From the NCBI GenBank assembly GCA_020725585.1, contig DYES01000069.1, forward strand, positions 1,750 through 65,749: DNA of 64,000 bases, in the 5' to 3' direction. Under the pieces are notes generated by a model. The model was not told where the DNA came from. It searched no databases and was given only the letters and a program-made list of their open reading frames with translations. The position numbers and the translations under genes were made by a program. The DNA is from Desulfovirgula sp. (GTDB lineage: Bacteria; Bacillota; Desulfotomaculia; Desulfotomaculales; Nap2-2B). Shown here in pieces: positions 33,368 through 42,928 of the stretch. How positions within the stretch are numbered: position 1 is the first letter of the stretch; every line of letters starts with the position of its first letter.

Positions 33368-33889
33368 TTATTTACCTTTCTTTTTTCCCGGGAAAATCCC
33401 GCCGTGAATCTGCCTGGCGTCCGAAATATTATAAAAAGTTTCGGGATCGATCTCGTTTAAAAGGTCAATGGCCCGGTTTAAATCTTTCCGCTTCAGGAGG
33501 ACAAACAAAATGGTCCGCTCGCCGCTGCGGCCCTGCCCCTTTATGCAGGTCACCCCAAAGCCGGCCTCGCGAAATTTATTGATAAACTCCGGCAGGCAGC
33601 CGGCAGCCGGAAAAATCTGCAGGGACAGGTAGCCGAGCGCCATTTTTTCGTCGATAATGCTGCCGACGAAATTGCCGGCGGCAAAACCTCCCGCATAGGC
33701 AACCACCTTCAAAGGATCGTCCAGTCCACCCACGATCACCTGCCCTAAGGCGAGGATAAAAATAGAAACTTCCCCAAAACCGATTGCCGCGGCCAGCAAT
33801 CTTTTGCCCCGCGTCAACATCAAGATACGGACCACGTCCAGCGACATATCGACTACCCGGGCAAAGAAAATGAAAAGGTAACTATACAC
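33368..33889 (-). CDS. UPF0316 family membrane protein (DUF5698 + DUF2179 domains)
   Basis: 173 aa. The N-terminal TM helices begin FFARVVDMSLDVVRILMLTRG. The C-terminal soluble domain reads FGVTCIKGQGRSGERTILFVLLKRKD, as in B. subtilis YebE-type proteins. Confidence 0.78.
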   Translation of the reverse strand: MYSYLFIFFARVVDMSLDVVRILMLTRGKRLLAAAIGFGEVSIFILALGQVIVGGLDDPLKVVAYAGGFAAGNFVGSIIDEKMALGYLSLQIFPAAGCLPEFINKFREAGFGVTCIKGQGRSGERTILFVLLKRKDLNRAIDLLNEIDPETFYNISDARQIHGGIFPGKKKGK

Positions 33890-34008
33890 AACTGGACAAT
33901 CAGCTAGAATGGGTGAACCCTCCTTGGGAATTTTTTAATTGCAGTCCCGTAGCGCCGGAGAGCTAGCTCCCGGTGAACGCGCGGGCCGCCGCGTTTTAAA
34001 CGTTCAAT

Positions 34009-35313
34009 TTAAGCGATCACCTCGTAAACCATGGGCCGCGGCGCAGGCTTTTCTTCCCCGATTTTATAGGCGCCCGCAATTAATTTACGCGCGTCTTCAA
34101 GATAGCGCGCCTGCTGCACAAACATGGTTACCAGCGGCTCGCCCGCTTCCACCGTATCGCCAATCTTTTTGTGCATCACCAGGCCGACCGAAAGGTCGAT
34201 CTGATCCTCTTTGCTCTGCCTTCCAGCCCCCAGGTACACGGCCGCCCGACCGAGCGCTCTGCCATCGACGGACTGCACATAACCGGCGGCTTGAGCCAAA
34301 ACCTTTTCCTGACGGCCAGCCACTTTCAACAATTCCGTGTTTTCAACCACCTCCGGATTCCCGCCCTGGACCGCAACCATTTCCTGGAACTTGCGCAAGG
34401 CCCCGCCGTTCTTGAGAAGACTGGTTAGTTTTTGCCTGGCCTGGTCAATGCCGGCGGCTTTTTTAGCCAGCACCAGCATCTGGGCGCCTAAGGCCAGGCA
34501 CAGTTCCTCCAGGTCGCCGGGGCCTTCGCCTTTTAAGGCGGCAATGGCCTCCCGCACCTCCAGGGCGTTGCCCACCGCCCGGCCCAGGGGCTGTTCCATG
34601 TCCGTCAGGAAACACACAGTGGTGCGCCCCAGCTGCCGCCCGATGGCAGCCATTGTCCGGGCCAGGGCGCGGGCATCCTCCCTGCGGGGCAAAAAGGCCC
34701 CGGCGCCAACCTTCACGTCTAAAACAACGGCGTCGGCGCCGGCGGCCAGTTTTTTGCTCATGATGCTGGAAGCAATCAAAGGGATGCATTCCACGGTGGC
34801 GGTCACATCCCTTAAGGCGTAAATCTTTTTGTCGGCCGGCACAAGGTCCCTGGTCTGGGCGGCCACCGCCACCCCGATCTCTTTCACCTGTTGAATAAAG
34901 GCGGGAATGGAAAGCTCCGTCTGCAAACCGGGAATTGCCTCCAGCTTGTCGATGGTACCCCCCGTGTGGCCCAGGCCGCGGCCGGCCAGTTTCGCCACCG
35001 GCGCCCCCGCGGCAGCCACCAGCGGGGCCAGTACCAGGGTGGTTTTGTCCCCCACCCCGCCCGTGCTATGCTTGTCGACCTTGCATCCGGCAATGGCGGA
35101 TAAATCTATTTTCTCACCAGACTCCACCATGGCCAGGGTCAGCTCCGCCGTTTCCAGGGGGGAAAGGCCCCGGAAAAAGACGGCCATTAAGAGTGCGGCG
35201 GCCTGGTAATCGGGAATGTTCCCTTCGGTATAACCCCGGACAAAAAACTTTATTTCTTCGGGAGAAAGCTCCTGGCCCTCGCGCTTTTTCAGAATTATGT
35301 CGGACATTCTCAT
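34009..35313 (-). CDS. pdp: pyrimidine-nucleoside (thymidine) phosphorylase
   Basis: The ORF runs 34009-35325. The likely start is the ATG at 35313 (MRMSDIILKKREGQELSPEEI). It carries the DKHSTGGVGDKTTLVLAPLVAA signature. Confidence 0.92.
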   Translation of the reverse strand: MRMSDIILKKREGQELSPEEIKFFVRGYTEGNIPDYQAAALLMAVFFRGLSPLETAELTLAMVESGEKIDLSAIAGCKVDKHSTGGVGDKTTLVLAPLVAAAGAPVAKLAGRGLGHTGGTIDKLEAIPGLQTELSIPAFIQQVKEIGVAVAAQTRDLVPADKKIYALRDVTATVECIPLIASSIMSKKLAAGADAVVLDVKVGAGAFLPRREDARALARTMAAIGRQLGRTTVCFLTDMEQPLGRAVGNALEVREAIAALKGEGPGDLEELCLALGAQMLVLAKKAAGIDQARQKLTSLLKNGGALRKFQEMVAVQGGNPEVVENTELLKVAGRQEKVLAQAAGYVQSVDGRALGRAAVYLGAGRQSKEDQIDLSVGLVMHKKIGDTVEAGEPLVTMFVQQARYLEDARKLIAGAYKIGEEKPAPRPMVYEVIA

Positions 35314-35321
35314 AAAGCCGC

Positions 35322-36569
35322 TCACCCTTTCATGGAAGCCAGATAATTTTCCATCGCCCGGCGGGTTTCGGCAAGCGTATCCCCGCCAAACTTGTCCCGG
35401 CAGGCGAGGGCCAGTTCCCAGGCGACTACGGCTTCGCCGATCACGCAGGCGGCGGGTACGGCGCAGGTATCCGAGCGTTCGACGGCGGCCTGCGCGGACT
35501 GGCGGGTGAGCAGGTCAACGCTGGACAGCGGCCTGGCCAGGGTCGGGATGGGTTTCATGACCGCCCGCAAAATTAACGGCTCCCCGTTGGTCACCCCTCC
35601 TTCCAGGCCGCCGGCCCGGTTTGTCCGGCGGTAAAACCCAAACCCCGGCGCCGAAAAAATTTCATCGTGCGCCGCTGACCCCGGCAGCGCGGCGCCGGCA
35701 AAGCCCAGGCCGATTTCTACGCCCTTGACGGCGGGGATGCTCATCAGCGCGCGCGCCAGGCAGCCGTCTAAGCGGCGATCCCAGTGCACGTAGCTCCCCA
35801 GCCCGGGAGGCAATCCGTAAGCCCGGATTTCAAAAACACCCCCCAGGGAATCGCCATTTTCTCTGGCCCGGTTGATTTCCTGCAGCATGGCTTGCTCGGC
35901 GCCGGGGTCGAGGCAAAAGACGGGCGACTGGTAAATTTTTCTTTTTACCCGGGCAAGTTCGCCTTCTATATATTTCCGGAGCAGCTTCCGGCGGCCGTCC
36001 GGCTCGCCCGCCGGCAAGTCGCCGGTCAACAGCTCTTGCGTGGCCGCGATTAAACCGGGCGGTGTCCCGGCGACTGCCGAACCAATCCGCACCACGTGAC
36101 CGATTACCTCGATCCCCAACTCTTCCAAGAGGCGTCGCGCCACGGCGCCCACCGCCACCCTGGCCGCCGTTTCCCGCGCGCTGGCCCGCTCCAGAACGTT
36201 TCTTAGGTCCTCGTGTCCGTATTTCAAGGCCCCCGCCAGATCGGCGTGCCCGGGCCGGGGGCGGGTAACCACCCTTTGCTCCAGCCGGGCGCCCGGCCCC
36301 GGCTCCATAACCTCCTGCCAGTTGGCCCAGTCCTTATTTTCAATCTGTAAAGCCACCGGACTGCCCATGGTGATGCCGCCGCGCACGCCGGCAAGAAAGC
36401 GCACCCGGTCGCTTTCAATCTTCATCCTGCCGCCTCGCCCGTACCCCCCCTGCCTGCGCCGCAACTGTTCGTTCACGTAATCCGCAGTAAGGGGAAGACC
36501 GGCCGGCAGGCCCTCGACGATGGCCGTGAGCGCAGGGCCGTGCGACTCCCCGGCAGTAAGATAACGCAT
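35322..36569 (-). CDS. aroC: chorismate synthase
   Basis: 415 aa. Motifs [34 protein letters not shown]-like [11 protein letters not shown], and [10 protein letters not shown]. Confidence 0.95.
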   Translation of the reverse strand: MRYLTAGESHGPALTAIVEGLPAGLPLTADYVNEQLRRRQGGYGRGGRMKIESDRVRFLAGVRGGITMGSPVALQIENKDWANWQEVMEPGPGARLEQRVVTRPRPGHADLAGALKYGHEDLRNVLERASARETAARVAVGAVARRLLEELGIEVIGHVVRIGSAVAGTPPGLIAATQELLTGDLPAGEPDGRRKLLRKYIEGELARVKRKIYQSPVFCLDPGAEQAMLQEINRARENGDSLGGVFEIRAYGLPPGLGSYVHWDRRLDGCLARALMSIPAVKGVEIGLGFAGAALPGSAAHDEIFSAPGFGFYRRTNRAGGLEGGVTNGEPLILRAVMKPIPTLARPLSSVDLLTRQSAQAAVERSDTCAVPAACVIGEAVVAWELALACRDKFGGDTLAETRRAMENYLASMKG

Positions 36570-36630
36570 TTTCTACCGTCCTTTCCCCGCTTAACAGGCG
36601 TTCTATGTCCTGTATTCTTAAAAACTTTGC

Positions 36631-36741
36631 GGTTATGACCTTTGCTTTAGATCGGCAAAACCTGACCTTCGTCCAAACGGAGCATCACTAGGCGCGCTTT
36701 CACGAACGCCAGGTGAGGTTTGCTAAGGTATGATCATAACC
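36631..36741 (-). promoter_or_regulatory. candidate structured RNA leader (nested long-range helices) in the aroE-aroC intergenic region
   Basis: The outer helix is 36631-36640 with 36732-36741: 10 bp, with one position that is a G.U wobble only on the minus (sense) transcript. The inner helix is 36658-36668 with 36711-36721: 11 bp with one mismatch. Confidence 0.3.
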
Positions 36742-36753
36742 AAGAAAAACTTT

Positions 36754-37626
36754 CTATCTTTCCTGGAGCTGCTCAAGAAGGGCCCGCCGCATGACCTCAA
36801 GCGGGGCGTTTTTCCCCGTCCAGAGCTCAAAGGCCAGGGCCCCCTGGTGCAAGAGCATGCCCAGGCCGCTGGATACTGCGGCCCCGGCTTCCCGCGCCCG
36901 CTCTAAAAATTTGGTCATCGGCGGGTTGTAAATTAAATCGCACACCAAATGTTCCCGGCCAAGACAGTGAAACGGAAAGGAAGGACATTGTTCCCGGCCA
37001 GGAGTCATGCCGACCGGGGTGGTCTGCACAATTAGCTGAACATTGCCGAGGACTTCGCCCAAATGCCGGGCCGACCAGAAAATGGCCCTGGCTTTCGCCG
37101 GCGTGCGCTCATTTAATTCCCGGGCCAGCTCTTGGGCCCTTTGTGCCGTACGGTTGGCAATGCTTATTTCCTGCGCTCCCGCGCCGGCAAGAGCCACCGC
37201 CACCGCCCGCGCCGCGCCCCCGGCACCGAGGACAAGCACGTTCTTCCCCGCCGGCGAAAATCCCGCCTCCTCCCGCAGGGCGCGCAAAAAACCCGCGCCG
37301 TCCGTGTTGTGGCCAACCAGCCGGCCCTCAATATGGACAATTGTGTTCACGGCCCCGGTTAATTGCGCTTCCGGGGTCAACTCGTCGAGAAAAGGGAGAA
37401 CCTTTTCCTTATGGGGAACCGTCACGTTCACCCCGACCAGGTTTAAGGCTCGAACAGCGCGCACGGCCTGCGCCAAATCCCCCGGAGCCACCGTAAAAGG
37501 CACGTATACAAAATCAAGCAATAAAGAAGAAAAAGCCGCATTTTGCATGGCGGGCGAAAAAGAGTGCTCCACGGGATAGCCGAACAGGCCGCAAATTTTT
37601 GTTGTCCCTTTGATTTTTACCTGCAA
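36754..37626 (-). CDS. aroE: shikimate dehydrogenase
   Basis: 290 aa. Motifs GYPVEHSFSPAMQNAAF, NVTVPHK, NTDGAGF and LGAGGAARAV. Confidence 0.9.
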   Translation of the reverse strand: MQVKIKGTTKICGLFGYPVEHSFSPAMQNAAFSSLLLDFVYVPFTVAPGDLAQAVRAVRALNLVGVNVTVPHKEKVLPFLDELTPEAQLTGAVNTIVHIEGRLVGHNTDGAGFLRALREEAGFSPAGKNVLVLGAGGAARAVAVALAGAGAQEISIANRTAQRAQELARELNERTPAKARAIFWSARHLGEVLGNVQLIVQTTPVGMTPGREQCPSFPFHCLGREHLVCDLIYNPPMTKFLERAREAGAAVSSGLGMLLHQGALAFELWTGKNAPLEVMRRALLEQLQER

Positions 37627-37633
37627 TTTTTCT

Positions 37634-38152
37634 TCACCTTAATTTTTTCTTGATCCACCACAGAACAAGCTTTTCCAGCTGCCGGTTAATCAGGCGCGTG
37701 GCCCAGAATTCCTTGCCCGGCAGGGGGGCGACTAGAATGGTATACAGGCCCAGGCAATTTCCGCCTAGAATATCGGTAAAAATCTGGTCCCCGACGATTG
37801 CTGTTTGCTCCGGAGCCGTTCCCAGCATCACCAACGCCCGTCGAAAAGGCGCCCGCAGGGGTTTTACAGCCCGGCAAACGGCGGGCAGGCTAAGTTCTTG
37901 CGCCAGCGCGTGCACCCGTTTGGGCCGGTTGTTAGAAATTATGCAGGCTTTAAAGTTCCTTTGTTTCACTTCCTGTATCCAGCGGACGACTTCCGCGGAA
38001 AAGCTTTCCTGGTCCCTTTTCGCGATAGTGTTGTCCAGATCCAGCATGATCCCGCAAATTCCCTGCCGGCTAAGCAGGTCAAGATCGATCTCCAAAACTG
38101 ACGGCACGTAAAGCCGGGGAAGCAACAGGTGAAAAGGATTAACCCCGTTCAA
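37634..38152 (-). CDS. yqeG: YqeG-family HAD-IIIA phosphatase
   Basis: 172 aa. Motifs GIMLDLDNTIA and VGDQIFTDILGGN. The yqeG-aroE adjacency is conserved in Firmicutes. Confidence 0.8.
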   Translation of the reverse strand: MNGVNPFHLLLPRLYVPSVLEIDLDLLSRQGICGIMLDLDNTIAKRDQESFSAEVVRWIQEVKQRNFKACIISNNRPKRVHALAQELSLPAVCRAVKPLRAPFRRALVMLGTAPEQTAIVGDQIFTDILGGNCLGLYTILVAPLPGKEFWATRLINRQLEKLVLWWIKKKLR

Positions 38153-38771
38153 TGACTGACCCTCGCCGATGAGCTCCAGACTTTTTGAGCTTCCATGCCT
38201 TTTTCATGTCTTTTGGCGTGTTGATGTTGAAAAAGGCTTTCTCCACATCAAAACGCCGCAGCTCCTTTAACTCAACATACTTGACCCGCACTTTTGGAAA
38301 GATGTCCGTGATCTTCCCTTGACCGCGCCTTAAGTTTGCTTCCGCCGCCGGCAGGCAGGCTTTCCCGTAAACGGCGCACAAGGGCTCCAGATATTCACCT
38401 ATTTTCGGCACCACGGCATCATAACCCCAGGCGCCCGCGACCAGAAAAGAAACCATTTTTAAATCTAAAAACGGCATATCGCAGGCGGTAACAAACAGGT
38501 AAGGCCTGGTCGTCGCCTGCAGAGCGGCGTGAATTCCCGCCAGGGGTCCGCACCCTTTGTAGATATCGGCAACTACCGGCAGCCCCAGCGAAGAGTAAGG
38601 CGCCGGGTCGCTGCCCACTAGAAACACATCATGAAAAAGAGTTTTTAGTTTTAGGGCAATGCTTTCCACCAGATTATCCTGGCCTAATTTCAAAAAGGCT
38701 TTATTGCAACCCATCCGACGGCTTTCCCCGCCCACCAGCACCGCCGCGCCCGCCATCTCTTCCGTCCACAT
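38139..38771 (-). CDS. mobA: molybdenum cofactor guanylyltransferase
   Basis: The ORF runs 38139-38792 (TTG start). The likely start is the ATG at 38771 after TGGAGAG. Motifs LVGGESRRMGCNKA, GPLAGIHAAL and ACDMPF. Confidence 0.8.
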   Translation of the reverse strand: MWTEEMAGAAVLVGGESRRMGCNKAFLKLGQDNLVESIALKLKTLFHDVFLVGSDPAPYSSLGLPVVADIYKGCGPLAGIHAALQATTRPYLFVTACDMPFLDLKMVSFLVAGAWGYDAVVPKIGEYLEPLCAVYGKACLPAAEANLRRGQGKITDIFPKVRVKYVELKELRRFDVEKAFFNINTPKDMKKAWKLKKSGAHRRGSVIERG

Positions 38772-38875
38772 GAAAATTACTCTCCAGTTCAAAGTACTTT
38801 CATTTTAACACACTAAAATTAATATTAACATACCATAACGCAAAGAAAAGTCAAAGGTAAGCAGCCCCCGGCCGG

Positions 38876-40114
38876 CTAGTGGGAAAAGCTGCCTCCTAGC
38901 TGTTGGATTCTCTCCCGGGGGCTAATGATATTGGTAATGCGCACGCCAAAGTTTTCGTTTACCACCACTACCTCCCCGCGGGCGATGAGCGTTCCGTTAA
39001 CCAGTATTTCCACGGGCTCGTTTACCTGGGAGGAAAGCTCCACGATGGCGCCCGGGGTGAGGCTGAGCACCTCTTTAAGCGGCCGCTTCGTCCGGCCCAG
39101 GATAACGCTTACCTTCAAGGGGATGTCGAGCAGCAATTCCAGCCTTTGCTGTTCGGCCTCCGTAAGGAGAGGACCAGTCACGGCGAAAGGCCGCTGGGCG
39201 AAAAAAGAAGCCTTGTCCCGCTCCAGCGTGCTCGCCGCAGCTTCCTCCCAGGCGCTTTGGGCTGCTTTTTGCACTGCTTGCGGCGCTTCTTCGTCTTCCG
39301 GCCGGGACGCTTTCTCCCGCTCCCCGGGCAACTCTTCCCTCAGCGCCGGCTCGCCCGCATCCGCGGCCGCCTTCGCGCCGGTCAGTTGTCCGAGCAATAA
39401 ATTGGCTTCTTGCCTGGCCGTTTCAATGCTCATTATTTGCATGATCTCGGTATCCAGCAACTCTCCCACCGTCATTTTAAAACTTACCGCCACAATGGGA
39501 TCTCTTGCCGGCAGGCGGTAATCCTTTGCTCCGTCGGTGACCTCCAAAACAGTAGTCACCGGCGGGGAAATGTTTATAGTGCGCTTGAAGATGGTCGACA
39601 AAGAAGTAGAGGCCGCGCCGATCATCTGGTTCATTGCCTCGGAAGCGGCGCTTAATTCCATTTCTGAAATTCCCTCGGCGGGCCGTGTGCCGTCCCCGCC
39701 AAGCATGAGATCGGCAATTACGGCCGCATCTTTGGTCTTGATAATCAAGACGTTAAATCCCTGCAAACCTGTTTTAAAGTCCACCTGGATGAGAATATAC
39801 GGGACCTGGAAACTGGCAAACAGATCTTTTTGTAGACAAGTAGTCACCTTTGGGCTGGTAATGATCACTTTTTGCCGCAACAGTTCCGAAAGAGTGGTCG
39901 CTGCCGTTCCCATAGAAATGTTGCCGATTTCTCCTAACGCATCTTTTTCGGCCTGCGTGAGGTCCGGCAGAGGAGCTTCCTCGTCCGTCCCAGGAACTTC
40001 CTTCGCTTTTTCCATTTCTTCCGGGTCTTGTTCGTCCTGCCCGTCGGGAACGTCTTTTGCCGCCCTCAAAAGGGCGTCTATTTCTTCCTGACTTAGCATG
40101 TTGCGATCAGACAT
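38876..40114 (-). CDS. fliY: flagellar motor switch phosphatase FliY (CheC-like domains + FliN/SpoA C-terminus)
   Basis: The likely start is the ATG at 40114 after GAGGAGG (MSDRNMLSQEEIDALL). It has two CheC-type motifs (EKDALGEIGNISMGTAATTL and SAASEAMNQMIGAAST) and a C-terminal FliN-like segment, IVELSSQVNEPVEILVNGTLIARGEVVVVNENFGVRI. Confidence 0.9.
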   Translation of the reverse strand: MSDRNMLSQEEIDALLRAAKDVPDGQDEQDPEEMEKAKEVPGTDEEAPLPDLTQAEKDALGEIGNISMGTAATTLSELLRQKVIITSPKVTTCLQKDLFASFQVPYILIQVDFKTGLQGFNVLIIKTKDAAVIADLMLGGDGTRPAEGISEMELSAASEAMNQMIGAASTSLSTIFKRTINISPPVTTVLEVTDGAKDYRLPARDPIVAVSFKMTVGELLDTEIMQIMSIETARQEANLLLGQLTGAKAAADAGEPALREELPGEREKASRPEDEEAPQAVQKAAQSAWEEAAASTLERDKASFFAQRPFAVTGPLLTEAEQQRLELLLDIPLKVSVILGRTKRPLKEVLSLTPGAIVELSSQVNEPVEILVNGTLIARGEVVVVNENFGVRITNIISPRERIQQLGGSFSH

Positions 40115-41099
40115 CCCTTTTTTCCTCCTCAACTAATGATGTCACCTGGACGGCGAGATTTTTGCCCACTCTTCCCGCCTGGACATAAAACTTGAACTCG
40201 TCTTCCACATATAACTGAAGATCCTGGTCATAGCGGCGATCCAGGATTAAAACATCACCGACCTCCAAGCTAAGCATATCTTTTACGGTTATTTCTGATT
40301 CGCCCAGGGTAACCTTTAAATTAACCCGCGCCAACCCCAGCCAGCTTTGCAGCCAGCGAACGTCCTCCGGCCGGGGGGTCCCCACCCGCCGGACAAATTG
40401 CTGCCGCACGGAAAGCTGCGAAATCAAGGGCTCCAGCAACAGGTACGGCAGGCAAAGGTTGATTAAACCCCTTTCCTCTTCATTTAAACTGATGGCAAAG
40501 GTAATCAGGGCCACAACCTCGTTGGGCGCATAGAATTGCTGCATCCTGGGATTGGTTTCAATTCCCTGAATTTCCGGCGTAACCTGGTAAAAATCCTGCC
40601 AGGAGGTGCCTAAATTTTCCAAAATACGCGCCCCCAAGCGCCGGATGACGGTAAGTTCTATGTCGGTGGGTTCCCGGTCGCCGATGGCGCTCGTCCCGTG
40701 ACCGCCGAAAAGGAGGTCGATCATGGGATAAATAACCTGTTCATTTATTTCCAGGATAGCCGGGCCTTCCAGGGGTTTTAAACCAAAGACGATCAGTATG
40801 CTGGGACTGGGCAGCGAGCGAGTGAACTCTTCAAAAATCATCTGCCCCACAGAAGCGACTTCCACATTTACAGAAACATGCAGGTAACCAGACAAAAAAG
40901 TGGAAAGAAGCCGCGCAAAATGCTGGTGAAGCATTTCCAGCGTGCGCAGGTGCTCCTTGGAAAACTTGTTCGGACGGCGGAAGTCGTAAGGACGAACTGC
41001 CTGAACCTGGTCGCGCTTGATTTCATCTACTTTCAGGTCTCCGCTGGTAAGCGCGGCCAGGAGCGAATCAATTTCCTGCTGCGATAAAACTTCCTGCAA
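40107..41099 (-). CDS. fliM: flagellar motor switch protein FliM
   Basis: 330 aa. The N-terminal CheY-P binding peptide is LSQQEIDSLL, and the sequence is FliM-like across the middle and C-terminal SpoA domains. Confidence 0.92.
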   Translation of the reverse strand: MQEVLSQQEIDSLLAALTSGDLKVDEIKRDQVQAVRPYDFRRPNKFSKEHLRTLEMLHQHFARLLSTFLSGYLHVSVNVEVASVGQMIFEEFTRSLPSPSILIVFGLKPLEGPAILEINEQVIYPMIDLLFGGHGTSAIGDREPTDIELTVIRRLGARILENLGTSWQDFYQVTPEIQGIETNPRMQQFYAPNEVVALITFAISLNEEERGLINLCLPYLLLEPLISQLSVRQQFVRRVGTPRPEDVRWLQSWLGLARVNLKVTLGESEITVKDMLSLEVGDVLILDRRYDQDLQLYVEDEFKFYVQAGRVGKNLAVQVTSLVEEEKRDV

Positions 41100-41117
41100 A
41101 GTACCGCCCCCTCTTCT

Positions 41118-41516
41118 CTACCTGCCTAGGGGCCGGTTTAATACCCTTTCGATCGCCTGCACTACGCGCTCCTGTTGAAAGGGCTTGACGATAAAGTCTT
41201 TCGCCCCGGCCTGAATGGCGTCCATCACCATAGCCTGCTGCCCCATCGCGCTAATCATAATGATGTTGGCGTTTTGATCCAGCGCCCGAATGGCCCGCAC
41301 ACTCTCTATGCCGTCCATCTCGGGCATGGTGATGTCCATGGTGACCAGATCCGGCTTTAAATCTGCATAGAGGGCCACCGCCTGCTTGCCGTTTTCCGCT
41401 TCCCCGACCACTTCGTATCCGTATTTGGTGACAATGTTTTTAATCATCATCCGCATAAAAGCAGCGTCATCAACAATCAAGATCTTTTTGCCCAAGCCAA
41501 ATTCCTCCTTGTCCAT
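41118..41516 (-). CDS. cheY: chemotaxis response regulator CheY
   Basis: 132 aa, a single receiver domain. KILIVDDAAFMR, DLVTMDITMP (phospho-Asp) and FIVKPF. Confidence 0.9.
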   Translation of the reverse strand: MDKEEFGLGKKILIVDDAAFMRMMIKNIVTKYGYEVVGEAENGKQAVALYADLKPDLVTMDITMPEMDGIESVRAIRALDQNANIIMISAMGQQAMVMDAIQAGAKDFIVKPFQQERVVQAIERVLNRPLGR

Positions 41517-41517
41517 T

Positions 41518-42138
41518 TCATGATCTGGATAATCCTAACGCCGACATTAGCCGCCCGACTGAATCCGGCTCCATGAGCAGGAAAAAATGGCCCTTTATGT
41601 GATCGTCCTGGTGGGGAAAAAGTTCGGTTTCAATGACCAGGACGCTGTCTTCCACCCGCCCGGCGGCCACCATTAAGGAGGATAAAACCGCCCCGAGCAT
41701 GTCGTAAGCAAACAACGGCACCGCCGTAATCATGTGCAGGCCGGTCATTTGACTGATGGCGCTGACAAAAGAACCGGTCAGCACATTGCCCACCTCCATG
41801 GCGGCGGACTGGCCCATTTCGTCAAGGACGCTCGTTGTACCGGAAGGCAGGCCCAGGAGTAAATCCACCAGCCGGTAAACGCTCTTTTCGTCAAAGAGGT
41901 AAAGGATTATGCCGGGCGCGTCGCCAAGCAAACGCAGGCTGATGCACGCCACCAGCTCTTCGTACCCGCCAACCACGGTTACGATCTCTTCCAGGGAGAG
42001 AAAGTAGGCGCGGGGTACGCGCATATCCACCCGCCGGTTAATTAACTGGGCTAAAGAGGTAACTGCGTTACCCATGCCGATGTTGCTGATTTCCTGCAGC
42101 GCGTCCAGCTCGTTTGCGGACAACTCCCCGCGGCTCAC
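41518..42138 (-). CDS. cheC: CheY-P phosphatase CheC
   Basis: 206 aa. Duplicated CheC motifs: LDALQEISNIGMGNAVTSL and QSAAMEVGNVLTGSFVSAI. Confidence 0.85.
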   Translation of the reverse strand: MSRGELSANELDALQEISNIGMGNAVTSLAQLINRRVDMRVPRAYFLSLEEIVTVVGGYEELVACISLRLLGDAPGIILYLFDEKSVYRLVDLLLGLPSGTTSVLDEMGQSAAMEVGNVLTGSFVSAISQMTGLHMITAVPLFAYDMLGAVLSSLMVAAGRVEDSVLVIETELFPHQDDHIKGHFFLLMEPDSVGRLMSALGLSRS

Positions 42139-42926
42139 TTCCGCACCTCCTGAAAATCCTTTATTTTTTTATAAAAGTTGGTTTTAACCCTTTCCAGGCC
42201 CAGCTCTTTATAATTAAAAATCATCTCGCTGCCTCCCACGAATAAAAATCCCCCTTTGGTCAGACTCTGCGCCAATTTGCTGTTCAGTTGGTCCTGGGCG
42301 GCGCGCGTGAAATAGATGCTCACATTTCTGCATAAGATCAGATCGTAACCGCTCTCAAAAGGCTGGATTAAGAGATCGTGCTGGCGGAAGGCAACCATTT
42401 TTTTAATTTCCTCTTTAATTATAAAACTATTTCCGGCGCGCTCAAAAAATCTGCTTAAGCGCTCCGGGCTGACGTGGCGAACCGCGTCCGCGTTGTAAAC
42501 CCCCTGCCGCGCTTGCTCCAGGATGTTCTTGTCAATGTCCGTGGCCAGCAGGTGATGGCGGCGCGAAGGGGTGAGTTCCTTTAAAATAATCGCCAGTGAG
42601 TAGGCCTCGGCTCCGTTGGAGCAGGCCGCGCTCCAGATCTTTAAGGTTTGCTTGCCGTCCAGCAGTTCGGGAAGAATCTGTTTCTGCAGCTCCACCCACC
42701 GGGCCGGGTCGCGAAAGAACTCGGAGACGTTGATGGTTAAAAAGTCCAAAAAATCCTCGTATGCCTTGCGTTCACTTTGCAGCCTGGCGAACAGCGCAGC
42801 AAAGCCGGGCAAATTCTGCCTGGCCAGGTAACCCGTCAGCCGGCGGCGCAGCTGATTCTCTTTATAACTGTTCAAATCCAGGCCGTAAGCCCGCCGCATT
42901 TTTTGTTTAAACTCCTCAAAATCCAT
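42135..42926 (-). CDS. cheR: chemotaxis protein methyltransferase CheR
   Basis: 263 aa. An N-terminal helical CheR_N domain plus an SAM-binding fold (IWSAACSNGAEAYSLAI, LILCRNVSIYF). Confidence 0.9.
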   Translation of the reverse strand: MDFEEFKQKMRRAYGLDLNSYKENQLRRRLTGYLARQNLPGFAALFARLQSERKAYEDFLDFLTINVSEFFRDPARWVELQKQILPELLDGKQTLKIWSAACSNGAEAYSLAIILKELTPSRRHHLLATDIDKNILEQARQGVYNADAVRHVSPERLSRFFERAGNSFIIKEEIKKMVAFRQHDLLIQPFESGYDLILCRNVSIYFTRAAQDQLNSKLAQSLTKGGFLFVGGSEMIFNYKELGLERVKTNFYKKIKDFQEVRK

Positions 42927-42928
42927 CG

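Noticed and set aside
36570-36753. T-box riboswitch, or a MITE/REP element, as an explanation for the aroE-aroC spacer structure.
   Set aside because: There is no T-box consensus sequence, specifier-loop context or terminator/antiterminator pair. There are no target-site duplications and no second copy of the inverted repeats elsewhere in the 64 kb. I keep it only as an unclassified structured-leader candidate.
38793-38875. Terminator closing the flagellar operon after fliY.
   Set aside because: The CCGGCCGG-containing segment forms only a weak, imperfect stem and is not followed by a U-tract. A promoter-like TTGACT...TATGTT for mobA is possible but too weak to call.
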